DNA of 64,000 nt. It comes from Rhynchobatus australiae. Lineage: Eukaryota. The position numbers and the translations under genes are program-made. Below, piece after piece: positions 13,001 to 25,400 of this stretch. The DNA lies in NCBI GenBank assembly GCA_034780895.1, contig JAUZTB010000118.1:47500335-47564334 (forward strand). The letters run 5' to 3'. A model generated the notes under the pieces. That model did not search any database. It saw only the letters and a program-made list of their open reading frames with translations, and was not told the DNA's origin. The stretch's first letter is position 1. Every line of letters starts with the position of its first letter.

Positions 13001-15289
13001 AAAGAGGCAGCCTATATGTTCACTTGATCAAATTAATTTTTGTGTTTCGTGAGCAGAACCTAAAATTTAAGAGCTGTTCAAGACCAAGATCTGATTGTAC
13101 TCCATGAAAACGTCTGACTATGGGGAAACACATGGGATTTGTTTCACACATAACGTGGCATTAGAAATGATTATTTAATTTTTATGTTCCGAGTAAGCTG
13201 CGAGGGCTCCAATATAACTTCAAGTGAACACCCCAGCCCCTCCCTTTCATTAAATTGCCTCTTAAGTGAAAACAAACTATTAGCGATCTTCAGCTATTAG
13301 GATCAGAGTTAAGGTTACACCTTTAGGAGTATTGCGATCCTAAGCCAAAGGGCATTTAAATTCTTTTAAATATTTTAGAATGAAGATTTTCAATGTTTAA
13401 CACTGTAAGTTTAGATAAAGTTTATCCGTACTTCTTATTTATCAGCATTTCCAAATTCGGATTTTATAAAACATCCAGTGATCTGAATATGTGCATTTGG
13501 TTTGATGTGTTACATCTACTTTACAGTTGATATTTAGTTGCTTCATAAAGTCGCAAACAGTTCAATTCTGTGTCAATTGTCCAATAGCTATTTTTGATTA
13601 TTTGATTATATTAATTTTCTAATAAAAGCATTTTAGGTAATCAGGATCTAAGCGGCGATCCTGTCTAAACCCACCTGTTTTAGTCTATGAATGAACAAAT
13701 GTTTAAATATACGATTAAGACCATCAACTAAAGCATTTTATCTTAGATCTTAATATATTGTTATTACATGACAAAATATTGGCGACAATATTTCTTCCCT
13801 TAGGCTAAGTTGTATCTAAGGCTATATCATATTGGGCATTTTATATTCTTTGAATTTCATCTCTGACCCGAGTGCTCTTCAGAAACTCGAAAAACAGAAC
13901 ATGTAGCCCACCGGCACATCTCTGCAGAACGGATAATTCATGTTTCCGACTGAAATCCGTTAGGGATGAGTCAAGAATTGTTTTTTTTATCATAAACACT
14001 TCCACGTGTTGTTCTGGCTCTTTCAAGAGCAAAATAAACAATATTTTTAAGTGTTAGAGTAATATGAGTCGAAAACTGATGTTAGATGTGTGCTAGAAAT
14101 CATGCTTTGAGCTTTCCCGTGAGGTTATACCCAGCTAAGGCACTTGATCTGAGTATTGCTTTTATATATAGTGAGTCTGAACGAGCGTTGTTATGGTGTT
14201 ATATATGTAAAACATACTGAAAAAAAATCAAAGTTCCAAGTGTCGTCAAAGTGACCCAGGTTTCAGTAACTCGAGGTTTTTAATGAACTCATTTGCGTTT
14301 TTGCAGGACGATGTAAGCACGCCCAAAGAAATTCGAATTTATTATATAAGAGACACTGACGGAAATGTGTAAATTCACAGACAGTTGTTGGTATTTGAAC
14401 TGCTGCGAGACTTTCCCATTGACACGAATGAATTAGTATTTAAAACTTCCTTAAAGTTGCATTGCGGTCACCGGTTAAAGGTCAAGTGCGGCAGTAACTG
14501 AACATCTGAAATGCCTGTGGAACAAGTGCAATGCTGTGCTAGCAATTGCTGCACATATTTTCTACTCCAATTTTGATACCACTTTAGCTTGTGTTGCAGA
14601 CAGAAATATGGCCGAGTGAGTCCGCTTCGCCAATTTCTAACCTTGGGTACAGTAATCAGTCAATAGTTTCTCATAAAATGTGGTAATAAGATTGTAGCAA
14701 ACATTGTAGCAACATAAAATGTAGCAAATACTATTTTATATTAGAATAATGTCAATTTTGTGTGATAGTACGAGCATGGGGGTTGGAGGATGAGCAAACG
14801 TTTGGTAATGTGCCCCCTCCCATTAAGAGTCAATTCGATACAATTTATAAACAGCGGCGCCGTATTTAAGAAGAAAACCGAAAGCTAAACAAACTCTGAA
14901 TGTACGGCGTCCCCTCTGGTTGGGGGTGGGGTGGGGGCATAAAATTCTGCCCCTGGCTGTAGATAAAACTATCTGATGTGGGTTTTTTTGTGGGTAAATT
15001 GAGGAAGGAGGGTTAGGCAGAGAGTGGAGTGGTGAGAAAAGGCTTTAATTATTCAGAATGTTAGAGTGATGCTTTGATCGGCGTGTGATGCGGTGTTTCA
15101 GAATTCCCGTCCATAGCGATCCTCTGGTGCAAGTATTTGCAAATGCCAGGCATTGTAAACAGGGTGGAATCAGGAGGCGAAAGAGCCAGCCCCAAAGTTA
15201 CCGAGTGCCATAGGTGGGAGTGATTTGTCCGGCAGATGTGAGAGTTTTACTTTCTTTTCGCTGTATCGAGGGACTTGGCGATTTTTTTA

Positions 15290-15456
15290 AGCGAACAGGA
15301 CATGATCTCACATGTAGCGAGCTCTTTTAGTTCCTTAATCATTTCACGGTTTGTTCAGAGCCTTTTCTCCACCTAAAACGTTTAGTTTCGGATCAATGGG
15401 CAGCACCAAAGACGCGACGGGGTAGCGGAAGAGTCAAATTATCCGGAGCCGACAAA

Positions 15457-15498
<42 letters not shown>

Positions 15499-15558
15499 CG
15501 AAAAGGAGAAACTTTTTTTCCAGCCTTTTCACAAAGGATTCGAAATACCACAACTAGT
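15290..15558 (+). promoter_or_regulatory. pax5: Pax5 exon 1A 5' leader / proximal promoter region
   Basis: GAACAGGACATGATCTCACATG...TTTAGTTCCTTAATCATTTCACGGT...CCACCTAAAACGTTTAGTTTC closely resembles the human PAX5 exon 1A leader as I recall it. It lies directly 5' of the 1A ATG. The TSS cannot be determined. Confidence 0.7.
15457..15497. repeat. (CA)n microsatellite in the exon 1A leader
   Basis: Direct reading of about 20 AC units with one interruption. Confidence 0.95.
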
Positions 15559-15598
15559 ATGGAAAAAAACGGCAGCGCCCTCAGGAGTATCCGATCAG
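15559..15598 (+). CDS. pax5: Pax5 alternative first coding exon 1A (MEKNGSALRSIRS + G)
   Basis: Strong Kozak AGTATGG and donor CAG|GTAGGT at 15599. The phase-1 end joins exon 2 as G+GG=Gly-HGGVNQ. It resembles human 1A MDLEKNYPTPRTSRTG. Confidence 0.85.
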
Positions 15599-18500
15599 GT
15601 AGGTTTATAAATCGTTCTGTGAAATGTACAAGTAATTCGCAAGCATGAAGTGGCTGCATTGACAACAATCGGGCGTTTATTTTGTAGAGTTGAACAGTAT
15701 TCAGTGGTTATAAAAAACTATCAAGACTTAAGACAATTTGTTTTTTTAAAGTGAAATATCTTAAATAATCAAGATAGCCTTTATGAACATTCAAGTCTTG
15801 GAAACTGTTTAAAGTAAATTTAATGCTCTATGAAAACTTAAAATGAACATTCAGCAGAAGTAAAAGGAAAGTATATCTCTGTGCATGGATAACGGCGATG
15901 GCACTGACGAAATGTACGGTTTCCAGGAGGTGTCTGGTTTACACTGGATTCAGAGTTTCTCCATCAAAAATGAGCTTTGTAACTTTTTTATTACTCTCTG
16001 TGGGCGATTCCGGGTACAGTGAAGATAGATCAGGGGTCATTTCTGAGGTCCAATCAGTTAATTATATTTTAAAGCAAAATTATTTCACATTTAATTGCTT
16101 TTTGTTGAACATTTTCAAAGTGTTGGTGTCACTGAGCAACAGAAAGCTGTAGGAATCTGGTCTGCAGCCGAAAGTGTTAGGAATAAAAAAAAAGCTGCAA
16201 TTCGCCACAAACTACTGCTTTCGTGTGCGAGGGAATGGGTCTGAGCTCTTGATTGTCTGTGTATATGATCGTGTGTACTTGTGCGCTCGTTGATTGAGGA
16301 TGTTTATCGAATTCTATTTTGTGCTGTTTCGCAACATAAAAATAGCCTAATGGCTGATTTCGGCGCCCTGTCACTGCCTTGTTTGCTTTGTGCATTCTTT
16401 TTTCAAATATGTGTACAGTTCGATTGATTCATTGCGGGTGGGGAGAAACTGGAAATTGCTCATTCTGGCTTCTCTTTGGGAGATTATTAGACAATCGCTG
16501 CGATTGACCTGTGGGTGAATATCTACCTTCCCCCATCCCAGCAACTGCGTTTAAGTTAGCACCGCCACTCTGTCTAAACAAAAACTCGAAATGTGAAATT
16601 AGGGTGTGGGGCGCGAGGCCCAAGGATTAACTGATCCCGTTCAAATTTGTAGATAAGCATAAACGTTCAAATTACAGCATCTTAAAAGGACAAAAGGCAA
16701 AAACAAAAACTAAACTGCCTTTAAAAAAACTGCTCTATCCTTTTCTCTGAAGATCTATGGGCCCGTCTGCCCCTAAAGACGTGTGATCATTCAGATGTAC
16801 GCCCTTGTTTTGTGCAGACGGGTGCCGCTATAGGAAAATGAAACTGAATTAAATTGACTTTTGGATTTTCATTTGCCCCTATTTTCTCTGATTAATATTC
16901 GTCGTTTGAATAATTCTAAACATTTTATCGGCAATTTTAAACCACACAGCTGCCACTTCGAGGTTTTTAACCGTGTGTTTTGAACAGAAGTAGATGGATT
17001 TGCCAATAACTTTCGTCATTGCACCAAGGCGTACTGAACCTTTAGGGTAAATCACGCTCCTTCACGGCCCTCGGATCAATTTGTCAACGCAACACCCAGT
17101 CCCGTTTCCTCCGATAAATCCAGTTTTTTTCGCTTGTAGATATTTCCTATTAAAATGCAATCCGAATATTGAATGGACGGGTGCCATTTTCATGGAACTG
17201 TTCGAACCCCCGTGCTCTGATATAGTCTAAAGTCTAGGAAATAGGACTGCAAGTATAATACAACTGGAAAGTTGTATTTGTGATCTGGTTCTTCTGTGCT
17301 TAGACTGTGAAATATTGTTTTATTTTCTTCGGTTTGTCATCTCACCTGTGGACGCAGCTGATTCCGTAAAACGACGTAATCTCCATTGAGTAGCGTTAAA
17401 TCGTTACCAATATCAATCGCCTCGATATACCGAGCACAAAACAAAACGGACGCTGAGATCTTATTGTTGTGAACAATGAGGAAGAAACAGCTTACATAAT
17501 TAGCGATAAAAGCAGGGGATGTATCGCTGTGTGAAACGGCATATAAGTTTCCGAGAATTTCAAGACACGTTTTTTTTACTCTAATTTAAACATAAATTCA
17601 ACAGGTTTGTTCACCATTCTATAAACCCAGACCAAAACGTCCATTACTTGACTTGTCAAGGATGAGGTCGGAGGATCTTCCCTCAACCTTTACCATTCAC
17701 TGCCTCACACACCTCCCACTGCCCTCGTCTCTTTTAAATATTTAATCCAGATAATAGACGACAGTTTATGTCGAGAGAATCGAGTAATTCAAGGAAACTC
17801 AATCACGAGTTCCAATTCTTAATGCAGGAAGTCCAATGCCGATGCAACTCGGTAACCGATGGCATTCTTAAAATCGCAGTTTGCCCATCACCCCTTCCTC
17901 TATTTAAAATAACACAAGGCCGTCAGCAGTCAGTTGATTTACGGGGCGCTCTTTTAACAGGACAGATTGCTCTTCCTTTCAATGACAATGCGTTAAAATA
18001 AAAGAAACAGAATAGACGATTCGCAGACTGGATCCAAAATGTTTCAATATAAAGGAAAACATCCCACATATTGACCTCAAGTACGCAGCGTATTAATTTG
18101 AAATCTGTCGCATAGTTCACGTGGAATCACCGAAAACAAAGAGACAGGGTGTGAGATCCTGTGCCCTTCACCCCCTGACTGACCCCTCCACCCTTCCCCA
18201 GTTCAACTTTCGAAAGGACCCTGCCCAGTTATCGATCATAAAGGGCACTGGTTGCCGTGCCTGACACAAGAATGAATTTGTGCCATTCTAGGACATTAGC
18301 TGCTTTTCCTGTCTGTGACCCGTGAAATAATCTATATCATTGTTTACTTTCAGCTTTCTGGCTGACAGATGACAGTGTCGAAAGCCTTTGTATCAGCACG
18401 TGCGAGTCACGCTTGTTCGGTGTGGTCGGGCCTGTTTTAAGGTGCTGCCTTTTAGTTAATTAGTTGCCCTTTTGATGATGAACTTTACATCATCTGCGTG

Positions 18501-21437
18501 CATAATCGCAGATTAAATAAACCCTAACTGGGTATCTGTCACGCACTATTTGTGCACATAGACAGACGTTTAAACAGTGTTAGCTTTCAGAGAAGCTGCA
18601 TTACTTGATCTATAATGATAATATTGAAAACAAAACTGGAAATAAAATTAGTAGCTAGAACGGAATAATTACGTTCCATTATGGAACTTGTTCCTTACTT
18701 AAAACAAGTCGGACATCCTTGAGAAATAATTACAAGGATTTCTAACGTGTTGGCTTCAGAACAGATGCCGAAACTGTCCAATTAACAGGGTAAATGCCCA
18801 TTGAATGAACCTAGTCTGGTTTTACAATGATGCATTTTAAAGACGTGGGACAGGTGTTACTATATGATTGAGATTCCTTCATGAAACATTGGAGATCAAT
18901 TCCTATTAGTGAGTTTGGGGCAAAAAAAACACACACCTCACATCTCTGTCAAACTAGACTCAGTGGGCCTTCGACTGCCAGATTTCCGGTCCAGGAAACC
19001 TGCAGCAGGAATGTCCCCCAGAGGATGCAAGGAGAAAAGCTATTCAGTGAAATGAAGCCCATTTAGCACACAACTATCCCCTCTCACCCATCCCTCCCCG
19101 CATCAAAAAAAACCAGAAAACGTGCCAAGGAAACGGGCAGCAGTTCCTTACAATGGAAAAGCAATAGGCTAGCCTTCGCCCCTTGAAGAGAATAGCTTCA
19201 CTTTCTGCTCCTTTACAGCCAAACCCACCAGACTAGGAGGACGTGTGAAAGAAAGAGAGAAGGACTGCAGTTTTCTCATTGCTTTTTAGCCGTTGGTAGA
19301 TTCAGATATTACAACTTGCACGGAAGCACTGTGGTTTGGAGTTTCTAGTGAGGCCCACATCTCCCTGCCTGGATAAAATCACATTTTTGGCCATCTTCAC
19401 ACTCGCAAACAATTCCTAGCTCCTTCTACAATGTCTCCCTTAAATCAATGGCCTTATATGTTTCTTGATGTAGGAAGATTAGATTTTTGAGGCGGCAAGT
19501 GTCAGTCACCTGTCAGTCTGCAAGACAACACAAGAGTTAGCTAGACCTTTCGAAGTACGCTCTATATTATACAAGAGGAATCGATAGATGTGTTATCTTC
19601 CGTCACAATTCTTTCCATAATTCATCCCCTTTACCTGTTCCACGGATCCAAATATGAAATATTGTAAATAGTGAAAAGCAGGTCAGAGATCTAACATCAG
19701 ACCTATAAAGTACACTGCCAACAAGGTTATATAAAGGTACACATTGGTGATTGATACAACTTGTACTTCGCATCGTGCACCTCGTGTAAATCTGAGTGAA
19801 TTCAGGGGCAAGTGGCACTGTCAAAGGTGAATAACCAATCATTTGCAAAAGAACTTTTGTCATTTTCACTGTTAAACTTGGAAGAATAACCGTTTAAAGA
19901 TTATTCCGTTCTTCTGCATCACTTTCAAAATTTTCGGAGATAACAAAATATGCATAAAAAATAACCAGTGAAACCAATGCGTGTGATCATTATCTAAACC
20001 TTAACTCAGCTTTGAATCTCCACCAATACCTAATAACTGGCAAAAGCTCGTTTACATCAACCTATTTACCAGCAATGTATCTTTACATACCATTCCTGAT
20101 TACTAGAGCGGGTTAATTTTGTTCTGAATGCCACAGCCTTAATCCCCGCTTTAAATCGAGGTTCTATTAGTGAAAATAAAGTATCTCAATTAATTTTACA
20201 CAAAATATTTTCGTTCAGGAGAATTTCGGGAGCAAATAACACACATTTATTTGACTGGGCCTCTCACACTGGCCTGTCGGATTCACTTTGGACCTGGGAT
20301 ATGAATTACATCATTAAACAATCTGGGATTATCATTAAATCAGAAATGATATCATGTCATTACATGTCGGGATTGTTGATGTACGAAGGCAACTTCTTAA
20401 ACCAAGGGGTTGACATTTATGGCGGTTCTATGAATAGCTGCCTAAATTTAATAGTACTACTTCCGCATGGTACTCACTTTTGATTATTGATTAGGCCCAA
20501 CGATTAGGTTCAAAAATGTTCATAATCTTAAATTATGTCAAAATTATAACGATCAAAATTATGTCGCCTTTAATTAGTTGACAATAGCAACATCCCTTTG
20601 ATCTCACTGTCATTGCCACTAATCTTCAAACCCTTAAGTGAAGGTTATCGGAGCGACTGCTTTGCTTTCCTGGAGTCCATCCCCAAATGCTAACGAATAA
20701 CGTTTCAAGGACGAATGGTTAAATGCAATTAAAACAACGATTTAGGGTGAACTGGGGAATGATGAAACTATGCAGGAATTATAGAATGGAAAAAGACAAC
20801 GAGCGAAAATTGTGCCGAAGGATAGAGAGAGATATGTCTAGGGAAACACGAGGAGGGGAAGTGGGACCGCGAAAGAGAAAGTGACAACCTGTAGTTGGTG
20901 AGTGTTGGTGCCCTCTGTCGAAGGTTCCAATGTACAGCTCTGCATAAACGCTGTATTCTTCCCATCGTTCTCACCCCACTCCCTCCCCCAGTGTGAGCGA
21001 TTACACGGGAGTTTAAAGGAAAATTCGAGAGGACTCTCTTGATCCCTGCATCTAAACTGGAAACGGAAGTGGCGCAAGAAATGTCTCCCTCGTTCTATTT
21101 TATGTTGTACGCAGGAGCTGCATCTACACCGGGGTGCGGATTAAATTGAAAAAGACCCAGTTCAGTTGAGGATGGGTGTGATGTTCCCCTACTTAGTGGA
21201 ATGCATTGGTTTAAGTTTCAAATATTCAGCGCACAGAAGTTCCTAGGTTATCTGCGGTTGAAGTTACACTAGAAACATGCTCTTAGACCAGTTTGCTCGC
21301 TGCATTATCTTTCAGAGCCCTGTCGCCAATTGCAATGCGTGCTACTCCTAATGACGAATTTAACAAAAGGCCTCTGTGCCTAGGAGTTTGGATACATATG
21401 TGGGTGATTGTTCCCCAGGAAGTTAATCTTAATGTTG

Positions 21438-21443
<6 letters not shown>

Positions 21444-21472
<29 letters not shown>
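21444..21472. repeat. (GA)n microsatellite
   Basis: Direct reading. Confidence 0.95.
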
Positions 21473-21475
<3 letters not shown>

Positions 21476-22124
21476 TTAGAATGTCAGCATTAAAATCCAA
21501 TGAAAAGTTTCTGAAGTCGGAATGACCCCAAATGAATCGCAAGCACTTCTGAAAATTGCTCGGCGGTAGAGTTATACTTCCTCTGTGCTTAATCTGTCTC
21601 AGACGGTCGCTCAGTTCTTNNNNNNNNNNNNNNNNNNNNNNNNNNNNNNNNNNNNNNNNNNNNNNNNNNNNNNNNNNNNNNNNNNNNNNNNNNNNNNNNN
21701 NNNNNNNNNNNNNNNNNNNGTACTAACAGTCTACCATATAGTTATGGACCCAGATCCTTCCGATTTCACCTTTAACCCGGCAACGTACGCGCACGGTTGC
21801 CATTAAAACAGAATGAAGATGCAAGTTGATTGGGTTTGCTCCATCCATTACGCAAACCAAGAGAATTAATAGTATTGAGTAAAATATCTCTTGGGTGGAC
21901 CTTTGGGAAGGGAGACCGACCTCCTGACAGCCCCTCATTGAGCTGGAGCTCTGAGCCACATAGCCGCTTTTCCGGGCTACAACCACAAACCATGTCCCCT
22001 CCCACGCGAAGACGCAAAAGAAATTCTGCGTTTGGCGCTGGATGTTAGGAATTGTCGGGGGGTTATAAAAACAGAACTGTTAAAAGGAGTCGGGGTACGC
22101 AGTATCTGTGGTGAAAGATGCAAT

Positions 22125-22425
22125 TAACGTTTCAGGTCAACGACCTGCAAGCCGTCATGCTGACAATGTTAACCCTGTTTCTTTCTCCACAGATGCTACC
22201 TGGTCCGCTGTGGATTTTCAGCATCTGTAGTTCTTTGCTTTTCCATTGCCGTGGGTTTGTGGGGAGGTAGGGCAGTAGTCGGACACAAAGGGTATCAAGG
22301 GGTATGGAAGAGGGCGGGAATATGACATGGCATTGAGACAGATGAACAGTTATGTTTGTATTGAATGGCGGAGTAGACTCCAATAACCCAATGACTTACT
22401 CCTGCTCTATTTTATAACTTCATAA
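22125..22425 (+). mobile_element. Penelope-type terminal repeat remnant followed by a CR1 3' UTR remnant
   Basis: TCTCCACAGATGCTACCTG...TTTTCAGCATCTGTAG matches the repeat at 38770 and 52741. It is followed by CR1-like GGTATCAAGGGGTATGG...TTGAATGGCGGAGTAGACTC...TACTCCTGCTCTATT. Confidence 0.6.
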
Positions 22426-25400
22426 TTCAGTGGCCAGGACTCATGTTACTGCAACCAGGGCAGGAGAAAGTTTACACTCGGTTTTAAAAATAGAATTTTT
22501 ATTTCTCAAAAATTAAAAAAAAATCAGAAGTCTTCAAGAACAGTTCATGTTATAATTTACAATTGCTTCATTATTGTCTTTTGAAGGATGGAAACAAGTC
22601 CCCTTTCCCGTACGACCTATATACGACCCCCGAACTATTCCAACAAAGGGGGGGGGGGTTAGTTCTCAAATGCTCCCCAGAATTGCCTAGAAACCCAGAC
22701 TGTTACTCTGCCCGAGAAATAATTTCAGTGTTGCCAACAACTCCCTTAAATAAAAACTCAACTCCTCCAAAGCATGGGGTATCTATACATACGCTCATGC
22801 TCTGATCTTTGACAATCAGAGCTAATCGTAAACTCCAAGCACATTTATATACAGGCCGTAATATTTCCTCATTGGTCGCATTGGCTGTGTTTTGTGATCT
22901 GTCTGTCCTCCGTGGTGAATATTCCGTGCATATATGGGGGCACACAAAATCCGCCGCAAACCAGCATCGCAATGCGGGTTAATTGGCCTCTCGCAGTACA
23001 AAGGGGTTGTCCCAACCTCTCCCTTTTTGCCGTCGCTGCTTGTGCGTCCCCAATAAAAAAAACATTCTAGACAGATACACTTGTTAGCTGTTGCTTCGAT
23101 GACACTTAGAATTAAATATTCTTCGATCAATTCAATTTTGTGTAAGGTATTTGGGATTTTAAATTCGTGATCTGGAATGAGTCAGGTATTCTCTTATCAT
23201 GAAATCACGCAAAGAGTTTCCCAACATACTTTCGATATGAACAGGAACAGAAGGGATGGATTTGAACCCGTAAAATGAAGGATGGTCTATTGCTCTTTGA
23301 GGTTTATGCCACCAAATATCCAACACGCGTAGTTTATTACTCAAGAGGTTTTTATGTCAGAAGTTATAAGTTTGAATCACTAATTAGGAAAGGCTTCTAG
23401 TTAACGATTATTGTGCAGTTTAGATAGCTCAGGCGATTGGCTTAAACACAATGGAGGTTAGGTTGACGATTTAAATCGACAATTTTGTGTATTTCTAAAC
23501 TTTAAAATCTTTTTTAACACATGAAAACGTCAAAAGTATTGGGAAAAAGTTTGACTTTTGTCTTCTATCAAGGAGAATTCTATTAGAAATAATTCGAGAA
23601 GCATAACAATTTTCAGAGCCATACAAGCGGCTGGTATTCACTGCCACTGAAGTCGGGAGGAGATTAGAACAATACAACACATTCACATTGTCTATTCCAA
23701 GTGAGTGGTACTAATGGCAAATAAAACTAAATCATAATTTAGTTTGTCCTACTAATTATATAATTTCGCCCCGCGATACCGGCAGACGGATTGTGACCGC
23801 GCAGCCCCTTTCCCGAGCCGTCACAGGATCCTAAAGGGATATGAGCAGTCAGAGCAATCCTCCCATTGAATTTCTGGACTTATGGATGGAGCCTTTGGGC
23901 AGACCCAAAGGCATTCAAGCGAGCAAGTTCCTCATCCTGCCGCCTATTCTCTCTGCACCTGTTGGCCAAAGTGTTTGAGCGTTGGGCTAAAACTTGGTCA
24001 GAAATTGAGCCTCTGTTTATTTGTAGCTGCAGCAAGACTAACAGTCAATGAAATTGGAATAGATAAAACTAATCTCTACTTGTTTGCTTTTGATAGCACG
24101 CAGAATTTTATGAAGGGCATTAACTGCTTTACTTGGATCGTGGTACCACTCCTTGGCTTGTAACACGAAGGCATTTCAAAATTACAGAGATGAATGGGTG
24201 CTTTCTTCAATTCCTTGCAAGAAGAACTAGCGACATAATAGCAACACCTCTGGGTGTCAATGTCAGAGAAAAAAAGGCCAAATTGCCCTTTAATAGTCCC
24301 ATTTGGACCCATTTGAAAACTAGCCTGGTGGACAAGGCCTCGGTTGAAGCCTCATTCACATTTAGAAATAACGTAACTATTTGTATCCATAGCACAGAAG
24401 TCCTTCGAAAAATGTAACTTCAGAGAAGTTCACACTGAGTCTCTGCTATCCAAATATTTACTGTGTTTACTAACACATTACGTCTGGCGTCAGATAGCTG
24501 TTGGAGAGGAAACTGCGAGCTTGCTGATGTGAAAACAAAGTGAGATCTTGAAAATCATTTATGCACAGCCGCAGGTGATAACTGAACACACGGCTTCAGC
24601 GAAAGCACTAAAATGGGGGAAGGGCGGCACCAGAATATTGAAATTATTAAAGACTTGGCTCAGGAACGCTGAATTAGATTAAGGAAAATACATTGAACCC
24701 CACAAAGGGGTTGCAATATCTCACCAAAGGCATTTTATTTATATTTGAAGGGTACGTCCAGTTATCACGCCCTCATTTCAGCAACACCCAGCGTCGAAAA
24801 TTTACCATATTCCTATGGTTCGATTGGAAGTTTCCATAACCCCATGAAATTCAGCCTGCTAGCTATCTCTCTATTTCTTTTATGCTCCGTCGTAACTCGA
24901 GCGTTCCATTAAAACAAAATACGGAATAACATTTTCGTTTATGATTACCCAGGTGTCTTAGAATTGTGGAAATGTTAGAAAGAAAAAAATAAGTTATCCA
25001 GCAGGTCGCGGTTAGTAACGGTGACATTTTATGTCTCTTACGTTAATATTTTACCGTATTTATAAAATGTAAAGAATTGCTGATAAACTATTAACTTATA
25101 NNNNNNNNNNNNNNNNNNNNNNNNNNNNNNNNNNNNNNNNNNNNNNNNNNNNNNNNNNNNNNNNNNNNNNNNNNNNNNNNNNNNNNNNNNNNNNNNNNNN
25201 GCTGATAAACTATTAACTTATATTTGTAGACATTCTTATGTCGATATTAAAGCAGTTGTCTGCTGAGGGGCCGAAGTTATAGTAGTGGTTAATACACAAT
25301 ACGCCATACACAAATTAACTTTTGACTTGAAATATCAAATGCGTTTTAAACATGTTTTTATTTGCTGAGTTTTACAATGAAACCTTTGAAAATTATTTGT

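Noticed and set aside
14800-15290. TATA box or EBF site for the 1A promoter
   Set aside because: Only weak candidates (TTTATAAA about 14844, CATAAAA about 14938) and no TCCCNNGGGA match were seen. The TSS is unknown.
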